A stretch of DNA of 55,983 bases from a virus. A program made the position numbers and the translations under genes. The notes below the pieces were generated by a model. It was not told the origin of the DNA. It was given only the letters and a program-made list of their open reading frames with translations, and searched no databases. How positions within the stretch are numbered: position 1 is the first letter of the stretch; every line of letters begins with the position of its first letter. The stretch is from IMG/VR virus record IMGVR_UViG_3300016478_000096, positions 1-55,983 of that record; one strand, given 5' to 3'. Shown piece after piece: positions 8,390 through 15,379 of this stretch.

Positions 8390-8577
8390 AGCTCGCCTCG
8401 CTCCAGTTTGTCGCGCTGGTCCATGGCGTTGTGCAGCATCACGCGCTCATCGATCTCGTCAGGTTGCGGGTGGCACCAGCACACACACGACGGCTCATGC
8501 TTGCGCCAGTCGTTGATCGGGATGATGTGCCAGCGCTCCATCTCCTGGTCGCGCGGGTGCTGCACCGTGGCGCTCAT
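8377..8577 (-). CDS. Hypothetical Cys/His-containing small protein (66 aa).
   Basis: ATG at 8577 overlaps the upstream stop (ATGA). Contains the motif HEPSCVCWCHPQPD. Confidence 0.65.
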   Translation of the reverse strand: MSATVQHPRDQEMERWHIIPINDWRKHEPSCVCWCHPQPDEIDERVMLHNAMDQRDKLERGELWPQ

Positions 8578-8903
8578 CCGGCGTTTTGGATGGGCGTGCC
8601 CGTGGTGTGGCCGATGGCTTCCTGCAGCAGGCGCACGGCGTCGAGCTGGGCGTTAACGATCTTGGCGTCAGCGTGGCCGGACTCGCTGAGCGCCATGCCC
8701 TGGGCCTGGCACTGATCGCCGAAGGCGTCCAGCAGCGCCAGGATCCGGGCGCGCTCATAGGAGGCCATGACATCGCCGTGAGCGACAACCAGGTCCTCGG
8801 GGTACAGGGCCTGGAATCGGCCGTCGTGGTCAAGTAGCGCGGGCAGGGGTGACTCGGGAAGGGTGGGTTTCACGATGGTGGGGGTGGTCATTTCGGTGTT
8901 CAT
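8574..8903 (-). CDS. Hypothetical protein (109 aa).
   Basis: ATGA overlap with the TerS stop. Lies between TerS and TerL. Confidence 0.65.
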   Translation of the reverse strand: MNTEMTTPTIVKPTLPESPLPALLDHDGRFQALYPEDLVVAHGDVMASYERARILALLDAFGDQCQAQGMALSESGHADAKIVNAQLDAVRLLQEAIGHTTGTPIQNAG

Positions 8904-9370
8904 TCTTGGGATCCTTTGGCTTTCATCATCAAGGCTTGCATCTGCGCCAGCTCGGCGTCGCTTAGGCCTTTGAAGTCCACGCTGGCCACAGCGATCGGGG
9001 CACCGTTTGCGCCGGTGTGTTCAACATGCTGCGTTTCCTTCCAACCGAGCTGGGTCGCGCCCCAGTACTTCATGAGGTTGGAGTCGCCAGCAAGCGCCTT
9101 CTTGAAGATGCCGCCAGCGATCTGGGCGTTGGCCGTGGCCTTGCCGACGACAAGCTCTGCTGCAAAGTGCTCGCGCAAAGTATCGATGTGAATTCCGTCA
9201 CGAATCAGTGCGGCAATTTGGTGAAACGGTAATCCGTAGCCGGAAAGCGCTTTAACTTGCTTGCGCTCGTTTTCAGTCGGAGAAAATGCTTTTCTTCCGG
9301 CTCCCTCTCTCGCTCCGCCGTTTTCCTTGATGCTTTTTCGCTTAAGAGTTGGTTTTTCAACTTTGGTCAT
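8900..9370 (-). CDS. terS: Putative terminase small subunit.
   Basis: Basic N-terminus with GGAREGAGRK and an HTH-like segment (LSGYGLPFHQIAALI). Lies upstream of TerL. ATGA overlap with the methyltransferase stop. Confidence 0.6.
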   Translation of the reverse strand: MTKVEKPTLKRKSIKENGGAREGAGRKAFSPTENERKQVKALSGYGLPFHQIAALIRDGIHIDTLREHFAAELVVGKATANAQIAGGIFKKALAGDSNLMKYWGATQLGWKETQHVEHTGANGAPIAVASVDFKGLSDAELAQMQALMMKAKGSQE

Positions 9371-10737
9371 TTTTTACCTCCGTCTTTTTTGGCTTTGTCA
9401 GCCTTGCCAATTTCGCTGCCAATCAGTGAGTTGGGGCTGCGCTCGCCCATCACCTCCGTGAAGGACCGCCCGTCGGACTCCAGGTGCGCGTGCTTGCCGG
9501 TGAACTCCTGCCAGCGGGTGATGATCACGTCGCAGTATTTTGGGTCCAACTCCATGAGCCGTGCAACCCGGCCGTTTTTCTCGGCTGCGATCAGGGTGGT
9601 GCCAGAGCCGCCGAAGCTGTCCAGGACCAGGTCGCCGCCCTTGGTGTTGTTGAGCAGCTGGTACTCGAACAGGGCCACGGGTTTCATGGTCGGGTGCTCG
9701 CCGTTGCGGGCTGGCTTGTCGAACTCGAGGATGGTGGTCTGCTTGCGGTCGGATGCCCACAGGTGGCCAGCGCCTTCCTTCCAGCCGTACAGGCAGGGCT
9801 CGTGCTGCCAGTGGTAGTCCTGGCGGCCCATGACGAGCGACGATTTCTTCCAGATAAGGCACTGGCGCACGGCCCAGCCCGCGTCCTTGGCGGCGCCTCG
9901 GAAGTTGTAGCCCTCGCTGTCGGCGTGCCAGATGTAGAACACGGCGCCCGGCTTCATGACGGCGTCGGCGGCGGTGTAAGCGTCGCGCAGGAATTGCCGG
10001 AATTGGTCGTCGCCCATCGAGTCGTTTTTGATGGTGAGCTTTTCCTTGGTGCCGCCCTCGTAGGCCACGTTGTAGGGCGGGTCGGTCAGCCACATGTCCA
10101 CCGGTTGGCCGTCGCACAGGCGCTCCAGGTCTGCGATGCTGGTGCTGTCACCGCAAAGCAGCCGGTGCTTGCCCATGACCCAAACGTCGCCCTGGACGGT
10201 CACGGGGTTGACCGGAACAGGTGGTGCATCGTCCGGGTCGGTCAGGCCCTCGGGCAGTTCCTCGGGCATCAAAGCGTCGATCTCGTCCTGGCTGAAACCG
10301 GTGAGCTCAACGTCAAAACCCATCTCCATGAGGTCCTTGAACTCCAGCGCCAGCATCTCGTTGTCCCACCCGGCGTTCAGGGCGAGGCGGTTGTCGGCCA
10401 CGATGTAGGCGCGTTTCTTGGCCTCGGACCAGCCTTTGGCCACCATGACCGGGACCTGGGTCATTCGCAGGCGCTGTGCGGCCAACGTGCGGCCGTGTCC
10501 GGCAATGATGCCGCCTTGCTCGTCGACCAGGATGGGCGTGGTCCAACCCCACTCTTTGATCGAGGCCACCAGCTGCCCAATTTGCTCATCGGAGTGGGTG
10601 CGGCTGTTGCGTGCGTAGGGGATCAGTTTTTCGATCGGCCAGTGCTCGATTTTGTCGGCAGGATTTCCGGTGAGGATTTCGCCGGTAATTTGTGGGGCTT
10701 GATTTTCCCCGGTTTTTTCAGTCTGCTGTTTTTTCAT
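9367..10737 (-). CDS. ParB/Srx-like nuclease domain fused to a beta-class N6A/N4C DNA methyltransferase.
   Basis: N-terminus has IEKLIPYARNSRTHSDEQI (ParB-like). Catalytic DPPYN and the AdoMet motif LDSFGGSGTT are present. ATG at 10737 has GGAG 8 nt upstream (the ORF track starts at TTG 10749). Confidence 0.85.
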   Translation of the reverse strand: MKKQQTEKTGENQAPQITGEILTGNPADKIEHWPIEKLIPYARNSRTHSDEQIGQLVASIKEWGWTTPILVDEQGGIIAGHGRTLAAQRLRMTQVPVMVAKGWSEAKKRAYIVADNRLALNAGWDNEMLALEFKDLMEMGFDVELTGFSQDEIDALMPEELPEGLTDPDDAPPVPVNPVTVQGDVWVMGKHRLLCGDSTSIADLERLCDGQPVDMWLTDPPYNVAYEGGTKEKLTIKNDSMGDDQFRQFLRDAYTAADAVMKPGAVFYIWHADSEGYNFRGAAKDAGWAVRQCLIWKKSSLVMGRQDYHWQHEPCLYGWKEGAGHLWASDRKQTTILEFDKPARNGEHPTMKPVALFEYQLLNNTKGGDLVLDSFGGSGTTLIAAEKNGRVARLMELDPKYCDVIITRWQEFTGKHAHLESDGRSFTEVMGERSPNSLIGSEIGKADKAKKDGGKK

Positions 10738-10852
10738 GCAGGGCTCCAAGTGGTGGGTTGTGAATTATGCAACGGTTTGCTGAGTTGCGGCGCTGGCACA
10801 GGCTGGCACCGGTGGAACCGGATAAAAGCAGACATCTTGACCGTATGTTCCT

Positions 10853-10876
10853 TGCGTGTGTGTGTGTGCGCACATG
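10853..10876. repeat. 24-nt perfectly alternating pyrimidine/purine tract including (TG)7. Potential Z-DNA former.
   Basis: tgcgtgtgtgtgtgtgcgcacatg alternates Y/R without a break. It is immediately followed by the palindrome ATGATCAT (10877-10884). Confidence 0.8.
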
Positions 10877-10968
10877 ATGATCATAGGCGTTTTATCCTGT
10901 GCATGGTTGTGCCAAAGTGAAAAACATCAATAAAATCAAAGGGTTGCGTCGGTTTTTCGGCAATAAAT

Positions 10969-11000
10969 AAAGGTGTGCCAGCCTGCACCGGCACACCTTT
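10969..11000 (-). terminator. Rho-independent terminator after the primase-helicase gene.
   Basis: 11-bp stem AAAGGTGTGCC/GGCACACCTTT with a 10-nt loop. On the minus strand it is followed by TTTATTTATT. Confidence 0.7.
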
Positions 11001-11022
11001 ATGTTGTGCCAAACGGCAAAAA

Positions 11023-13713
11023 TCAGAAAGGCTCATCGGCTGTCTCCCAGTCATGGCGCAGGCGAATACCCGTGTAAAGGTTCAATCTTGTGCCAGAAGC
11101 ATCGTTGGCACCGGATGCAGGAACCCCGGAACCTGTGCCAACAGCCCTTGGTTGGCTGCGTTTGACGCCCGGGAAGGCGGCCGAAAGCTGCCGCCCAAAC
11201 GACACTTTGGTGCCTGCGTGATCGCGACCTTGGGCCTCGCACCACTTCTTCCAGGCCTTGAATAGGTCGTCTCGATCGACCTGGGCGTGCTCACTGATGA
11301 CGCACAGATCGTCCACAAAAGCCCGGATCGGACTGGTCTGATCGACCAAGTCGGAGGCCAGCTCGTCGGCTGATTTGGGCCGTTGGAAGTACCCGCGCTT
11401 GTTCAGACGAAGCAGGCCGTCAAGAGCCCACAGGACGATGCCAGGCAGCTCCTTGAGCAGTCGGTCGGTCAGGCCATGGTCCTCGCGGCCAAGGAAGCTC
11501 GTGTTGAACTTGAAGGGCAAAAACCGGTTGGCCAAGGCGGCCGAGGCATCCGAGAAGGCGGGCAGCTCGTTGGATGCCAGCACGAAGCGGATGGCCATCT
11601 TGCCGGACCAGGCGGTCATGTTCTTGCGGTCGATCGTGATCGTGTCCTCGCCCGAAATCCGCAGCAGGTTCTCGACGATCGGCTGCTGATCGGCACGGCC
11701 GGACAGGCGCGCGTCCGAAATCATGGCCAGGCGCTTGCCGATCAGGGGCTGCAGGCCAAACTGCGTGCCCAGGGACGCAAGGCTTGGGCTCACACGGTTG
11801 GCGTACCCCACCAAGGCCTCGAGGATGCGCAGGATTGTGCCCTTGCCGCAGCGCGGGGGGCCAATGAGCATGAACATCTTTTGTTGGCTGGTGTCGTCGG
11901 TCAGCAGGTAGCCGAACACCTCGGCCAGGGTGGAGATCGACTCGGGGTCGTCTGGCCAGAGGCTTTGCAGGAATTTCAGCCACTCGGTGGGCTCACTGGC
12001 GCTTGGGTCGTAGTCAAACGCCAGGGACGAGACGCAAAACAGACGGTCCGTTGAGGGCATGATGGTCCGCGTGGGGTGGTGCAGAAACCCGTTTTTGAAG
12101 GCCACGATCTCGTGGGCCGGAAAGTCGCCGGGCCTGGGGTCAATCCAAACCTGGGGCTCGGGCAGGTCGGCGTAGCAGACCGCGCGCAGGGCGTGGGCCA
12201 CATCGTTGACCGTGGAGGTCTTGGGGTTGAAGGCCACCGTCTCGCTGTCGCCCGTCTTGGGGTTGACCTTGAGGGTCAGGCACCCGGCCATGAAGTGGTA
12301 GAGGCGCTGGTCGATGTAGACCCGGTCCCGGGTGACGTAGCGCGTGGCGTCCCAGCTGTAGAACTCGCCGCGCCAGTGCAGGATGCGCCCAGCCTCGGGC
12401 AGGGTGTCGTGGAACAGGGTGGCGGTTTTCATCGGCGAGGATGAAAAAATCATCGGTTGGTCGTAGCTGTCGGGCGGAATGTCGTCCGGGCCGTCGTCGG
12501 GCGGGGGTGGGTGGCCGCCCGTGGGGTACGGATCCTCGAATGTGGGGGCGTCACCCTCGGAATATGGGGGCGAATATGGGGGCGAATATGGGGGCTGATT
12601 TTTACCCCCTTGGGAATCGATACCCCCGGGGGTGGGCAAACCGGTGGGCAAATCGTCCCAAGGCGCACCTTCGGGACCGTCGTCACCAGGCGGTGGGGTC
12701 TCGGGCTCATCTGGTGAGCCTGCCTTCATGATGCCGTCCTCGACTGCCGCCAAACCCTCGGCCAGGTGCAGGTCGTTGAAGTCGGTGCCGGTGCCCCGGT
12801 CCACAGACCACAGGGGGATGGCCACCAGGGCGTTGATCTCGCGCGCAGCCTTGCGGGCGTCGGTGATGCCCGGATTGCCTTTGGTTTGGAAATCGTCGTC
12901 GGCCGCGATCACGATTCGGGCGTCGGGCAGGGCCGCGCGGATCTTGCGGGCGACCGGCGCCAGGTTGCCGGAGTTGAAAGCGACCACCACGCAGTGCCCG
13001 GTGGCCATGCGGATGGAGCAGCATGTGGCCCAGCCCTCGGCGATGATGACCGTGCCCTGCTTGTCGGGCTTGCCCAGGACGGTGTAGGCGCCGCCGGACG
13101 GGGTGCCTTTCAAAAACAACTTTGTACCGTCGGACTTGATGCGCTGCAGGCCGACCAGGGCGCCGGGGCCGTGACGCATGGGGATGAGCAGCTCGTCGGC
13201 CAGCTGGCGGGCGCCCTCGGGCTCGATCAGCTTGCGTTGAACGTATGGGTGAACGGTTGGGGTGCTGGCCCGGGCCCACATCTCGGCGGCGCGTTGGGCG
13301 GCCAGCTCGCGCTCGATGCGCGCTGCGGCTTCTTCTTCGGCCATCCGGGCCTCGCGCTCAGCGATGCGACGGGCGCGTTCTTCGGGGTCGACCGGCTTGC
13401 GGTCCTGGGCGGTGGATTTGTAGCCGCCCTCTTTGGCCAGGGCGATCAGGGTGCCGATCGTGGCGCGGTTGGTGCCGCCGCCGGGCTTGCACGATTTCCA
13501 GACGTCGCGCGCGTCGCGGGGGTTGTAGTTCGAGCCCTGCTGGCTCCAGGCGTCCCAAGCATCGAAGGCTGGCTCGCCGAATTCTTCTTTGAGGATGAAG
13601 GCCATCTTCACCCAGGTTTCGCGGTCATCGACGCCGCGAACGAATGAGAGCATTCTCTCTGCTGTCTCAAGGGAAATGGGATCCCTTTGCCCTGTTGGTT
13701 TTTTTGTTGTCAT
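11023..13713 (-). CDS. Primase / SF3 replicative helicase (PriCT-2-like, Toprim and P4/D5-type helicase).
   Basis: DAWDAWSQQGSNY (PriCT-2-like), IIAEGWATCCS...IAADDD (Toprim) and Walker A GPPRCGKGT are present. A proline-rich linker carries a PPYS x3 repeat. Alternative starts are GTG 13776 and ATG 13653. Confidence 0.85.
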   Translation of the reverse strand: MTTKKPTGQRDPISLETAERMLSFVRGVDDRETWVKMAFILKEEFGEPAFDAWDAWSQQGSNYNPRDARDVWKSCKPGGGTNRATIGTLIALAKEGGYKSTAQDRKPVDPEERARRIAEREARMAEEEAAARIERELAAQRAAEMWARASTPTVHPYVQRKLIEPEGARQLADELLIPMRHGPGALVGLQRIKSDGTKLFLKGTPSGGAYTVLGKPDKQGTVIIAEGWATCCSIRMATGHCVVVAFNSGNLAPVARKIRAALPDARIVIAADDDFQTKGNPGITDARKAAREINALVAIPLWSVDRGTGTDFNDLHLAEGLAAVEDGIMKAGSPDEPETPPPGDDGPEGAPWDDLPTGLPTPGGIDSQGGKNQPPYSPPYSPPYSEGDAPTFEDPYPTGGHPPPPDDGPDDIPPDSYDQPMIFSSSPMKTATLFHDTLPEAGRILHWRGEFYSWDATRYVTRDRVYIDQRLYHFMAGCLTLKVNPKTGDSETVAFNPKTSTVNDVAHALRAVCYADLPEPQVWIDPRPGDFPAHEIVAFKNGFLHHPTRTIMPSTDRLFCVSSLAFDYDPSASEPTEWLKFLQSLWPDDPESISTLAEVFGYLLTDDTSQQKMFMLIGPPRCGKGTILRILEALVGYANRVSPSLASLGTQFGLQPLIGKRLAMISDARLSGRADQQPIVENLLRISGEDTITIDRKNMTAWSGKMAIRFVLASNELPAFSDASAALANRFLPFKFNTSFLGREDHGLTDRLLKELPGIVLWALDGLLRLNKRGYFQRPKSADELASDLVDQTSPIRAFVDDLCVISEHAQVDRDDLFKAWKKWCEAQGRDHAGTKVSFGRQLSAAFPGVKRSQPRAVGTGSGVPASGANDASGTRLNLYTGIRLRHDWETADEPF
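12560..12595. repeat. Perfect 12-bp tandem repeat x3 (gaatatgggggc) inside the primase linker, encoding (PPYS)3.
   Basis: Three identical units read directly at 12560-12571, 12572-12583 and 12584-12595. Confidence 0.9.
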
Positions 13714-13745
13714 ACCTGGCGTCTGTTGGCTGGCGACTGAAAAAG

Positions 13746-13808
13746 GTGGGGGCGACCCGCGCCAGGGTTGGGCCACCTCGGATAGCTAATCCGAGGCTTT
13801 GCCCCCAC
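13746..13808 (-). promoter_or_regulatory. Branched (three-way) RNA/DNA structure closed by an 8-bp G/C helix and followed by a U-run, in the primase leader.
   Basis: On the minus strand GUGGGGGC (13808-13801) pairs with GCCCCCAC (13753-13746), followed by CUUUUUC. Inside are the hairpin CCUCGGA/UCCGAGG (13796-13776) and the weaker GGCCC/GGGUC. Confidence 0.45.
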
Positions 13809-13812
13809 GAAC

Positions 13813-13843
13813 AGTATAAGGGTGTGTGCCGCGAAAAATGCAA
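13813..13843 (-). promoter_or_regulatory. Sigma70-like promoter candidate for the primase gene (TTGCAT-N19-TATACT).
   Basis: The -35 TTGCAT is the reverse complement of 13838-13843 and the -10 TATACT of 13813-13818, within an AT-rich patch. The 19-nt spacer is longer than optimal. Confidence 0.35.
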
Positions 13844-13860
13844 CAGTGAGGGAAATAAAT

Positions 13861-13877
13861 GTGCGGAAAACCCGCAC
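13861..13877 (-). terminator. Rho-independent terminator closing the region downstream of VRR-NUC.
   Basis: On the minus strand GTGCGG-GTTTT-CCGCAC is followed by ATTTATTT. Confidence 0.55.
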
Positions 13878-14047
13878 AGCCGTGGTAGCATGCTGCTCGT
13901 GGCCCAGCTGCTGATTGTTCAGTAATCATCCGTTGGGTCGCCGCCCTGGACACGCGGGCGTGAAAACGAAGTGGGGCCGGGTGGAAGCCCTGGAAATGGA
14001 GCCGCAATCCATGAACTGCGGTGGCGGGCGCAGAAAATCAGAGGCGC

Positions 14048-14072
14048 TGACACCCTGGAAAGACGGGGACAT
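14048..14072. repeat. Hairpin-forming 25-nt element, copy 2 (TGACACCCTGGAAAGACGGGGACAT).
   Basis: 22 of 25 positions match the copy at 14161-14184. CCCTG/CGGGG can pair, with one G-U. Confidence 0.75.
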
Positions 14073-14160
14073 ATTCAGAGCACGAGCGAAACATCGAGCG
14101 CGTCGAAGTGAAAGCAAGCCCGCAGGCGCCCACGGAGGGGATTCGTAGAAATACGCGATG

Positions 14161-14184
14161 TGACACCCCGGAGAGACGGGGCAT
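14161..14184. repeat. Hairpin-forming 24-nt element, copy 1 (TGACACCCCGGAGAGACGGGGCAT).
   Basis: CCCCG/CGGGG stem with a GAGAGA loop. It directly abuts the VRR-NUC stop codon. Confidence 0.75.
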
Positions 14185-14538
14185 TCACCCCGTCAGCACC
14201 CGCCTGGCATCCTCCACAGACCGCACGATCCCGGCCAGCGCGCCGCGCTTTTTCATGGCGGCGATGAAGGCCAGCTGCTCCTTGGTGACGCGGCCGGTGG
14301 CGGTCTTGACCTCCAGGTAAAACGCCCGGCAGTCGGCCAAGCGGTGGCCAAACAGGTCCGAAAAACCGACCGGAAGTCCCGAGCGCACCGGCCGCCCGTC
14401 CTTGGTGAAGAACAAGCCCACGTTGGCCCGGGCCACGAAGTGCCCGTCCTCCGAAAGCGCGACCATGATCTGGCGCATCAGATCTGCCTCGGTCATCGCT
14501 GGGGGTGGAGATTCCAGCCGAAATTTACCCCCAGTCAT
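14185..14538 (-). CDS. VRR-NUC domain nuclease (117 aa).
   Basis: GFSDLFGH...FYLEVKTATGRVTKEQLAFIAAMKKRG fits the D...ExK VRR-NUC pattern. ATG at 14538 overlaps the upstream stop. Confidence 0.8.
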   Translation of the reverse strand: MTGGKFRLESPPPAMTEADLMRQIMVALSEDGHFVARANVGLFFTKDGRPVRSGLPVGFSDLFGHRLADCRAFYLEVKTATGRVTKEQLAFIAAMKKRGALAGIVRSVEDARRVLTG

Positions 14539-14822
14539 CTCCTGCCATGCTCCCACACACGCCGCACTAGGGCCTCGAGCTCCAAGCAGGCCTTCTCGCC
14601 GCGCACCTGCAGGATCCCGCGCTTCGTGATTTTTCCCGCCTCCTCGCGGCCGCGCAGGTACTCGCGGCGGGCGACTTTGTCGGGGATGGCCAGGATGTGC
14701 CGGGCCTCGCACTCAGCGCGCCAAGCCTCGCACCAGGTGCACACGGTGGTGCCGTCGATCAGTTTCACAACCTGGTCAGTCTCCAGGCGGTTGCATCCGG
14801 CGCAATGTTCAGAGCGTTCCAT
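14535..14822 (-). CDS. Hypothetical zinc-ribbon protein (95 aa).
   Basis: Contains CAGC...CTWC cysteine pairs. ATG at 14822 overlaps the end of the HNH gene by 14 nt. Confidence 0.65.
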   Translation of the reverse strand: MERSEHCAGCNRLETDQVVKLIDGTTVCTWCEAWRAECEARHILAIPDKVARREYLRGREEAGKITKRGILQVRGEKACLELEALVRRVWEHGRR

Positions 14823-15306
14823 ACGGGTGTATCTCGCGTTTCTTTTTCAGGTAAGCAGCATGCGCATCCTCTGCGGTGTCGAAGCGGCCAAGATCATGCT
14901 GCTTTCCGTTGATGGTGATCCTTGCGCGAAACCTGTCTTTTTTAAAGTCAACACCAAGAAAACCAACTTTTGTGTTTTTGTTTGGTGTCCTGCGATTCTG
15001 ATGGTTTTGTGCATGCGTGACACACCGAAGATTTGCAATCCGATTGTCCAGCCCATCTCCGTTAATGTGATCAATCTTCCCGTCTGGCCAAACACCGTGT
15101 GTGTACGCCCAAGCCAGGCGGTGGGCCTTGTACTTTTTTCGGTTGATTTGAATGCGCCAATAACCACCTCCATCAGGAGCGCCCGCAACGGATCCGATTT
15201 TCACTCTAGACCCGGTGCTCACTTTGTAGATGAAGACACCAGTCTGGCTGTCGTAACTTAAAAGACGGTGAAGATCATCGACTGGAATAGAATTTGTCTT
15301 GCTCAT
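14809..15306 (-). CDS. HNH homing endonuclease with an AP2 DNA-binding domain.
   Basis: HINGDGLDNRIANLRCVTHAQNHQN (HNH) and GVDFKKDRFRARITINGKQHDLGRFDTAEDAHAAY (AP2). The gene is visibly AT-richer than its flanks. Confidence 0.85.
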   Translation of the reverse strand: MSKTNSIPVDDLHRLLSYDSQTGVFIYKVSTGSRVKIGSVAGAPDGGGYWRIQINRKKYKAHRLAWAYTHGVWPDGKIDHINGDGLDNRIANLRCVTHAQNHQNRRTPNKNTKVGFLGVDFKKDRFRARITINGKQHDLGRFDTAEDAHAAYLKKKREIHPYGTL

Positions 15307-15379
15307 GCTGCTGCGCCCCTATCGCGGTGGTTTGGGAAGTGACGCCTCGGTGTTAGTAGCACCGGGGCGTTGCACCATG

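Noticed and set aside
10900-10914. Sigma54 promoter (TGGCAC-N5-TGCA) on the minus strand upstream of the methyltransferase operon.
   Set aside because: The GG to GC spacing is 9 nt instead of the invariant 10. The other TGGCAC copies lack a -12 GC element.
6842-10920. Plus-strand ORFs 6842-7927 (361 aa), 7970-8656 (228 aa) and 9484-10920 (478 aa).
   Set aside because: They are shadow ORFs opposite terL, the small terS-terL genes and the methyltransferase. Those genes carry clear catalytic motifs on the minus strand.
14042-14100. Hammerhead-like ribozyme core (CTGA...CGAAAC) on the plus strand of the non-coding region.
   Set aside because: CTGACAC does not fit the CUGANGA core (G8 and A9 are missing). 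No three-stem arrangement around the GAAAC element could be drawn.
13926-14184. Two small minus-strand ORFs that start exactly at the two 25-nt repeats: MPRLSGVSHRVF... (about 47 aa) and MSPSFQGVSASDF... (48 aa).
   Set aside because: They have no usable SD. By hand count their third-position G+C is only about 64-70%, against about 90% in a sample of terL. Their products are R/P/S/C-rich, and the two ORFs overlap each other out of frame. They are kept only as an alternative inside the corresponding finding.
14048-14184. Possible CRISPR mini-array, since the repeats are palindromic.
   Set aside because: There are only two copies. They are imperfect (22 of 25), about 113 nt apart rather than about 30-40 nt, and have no cas genes. 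A solitary-repeat decoy role cannot be excluded without host repeat sequences.
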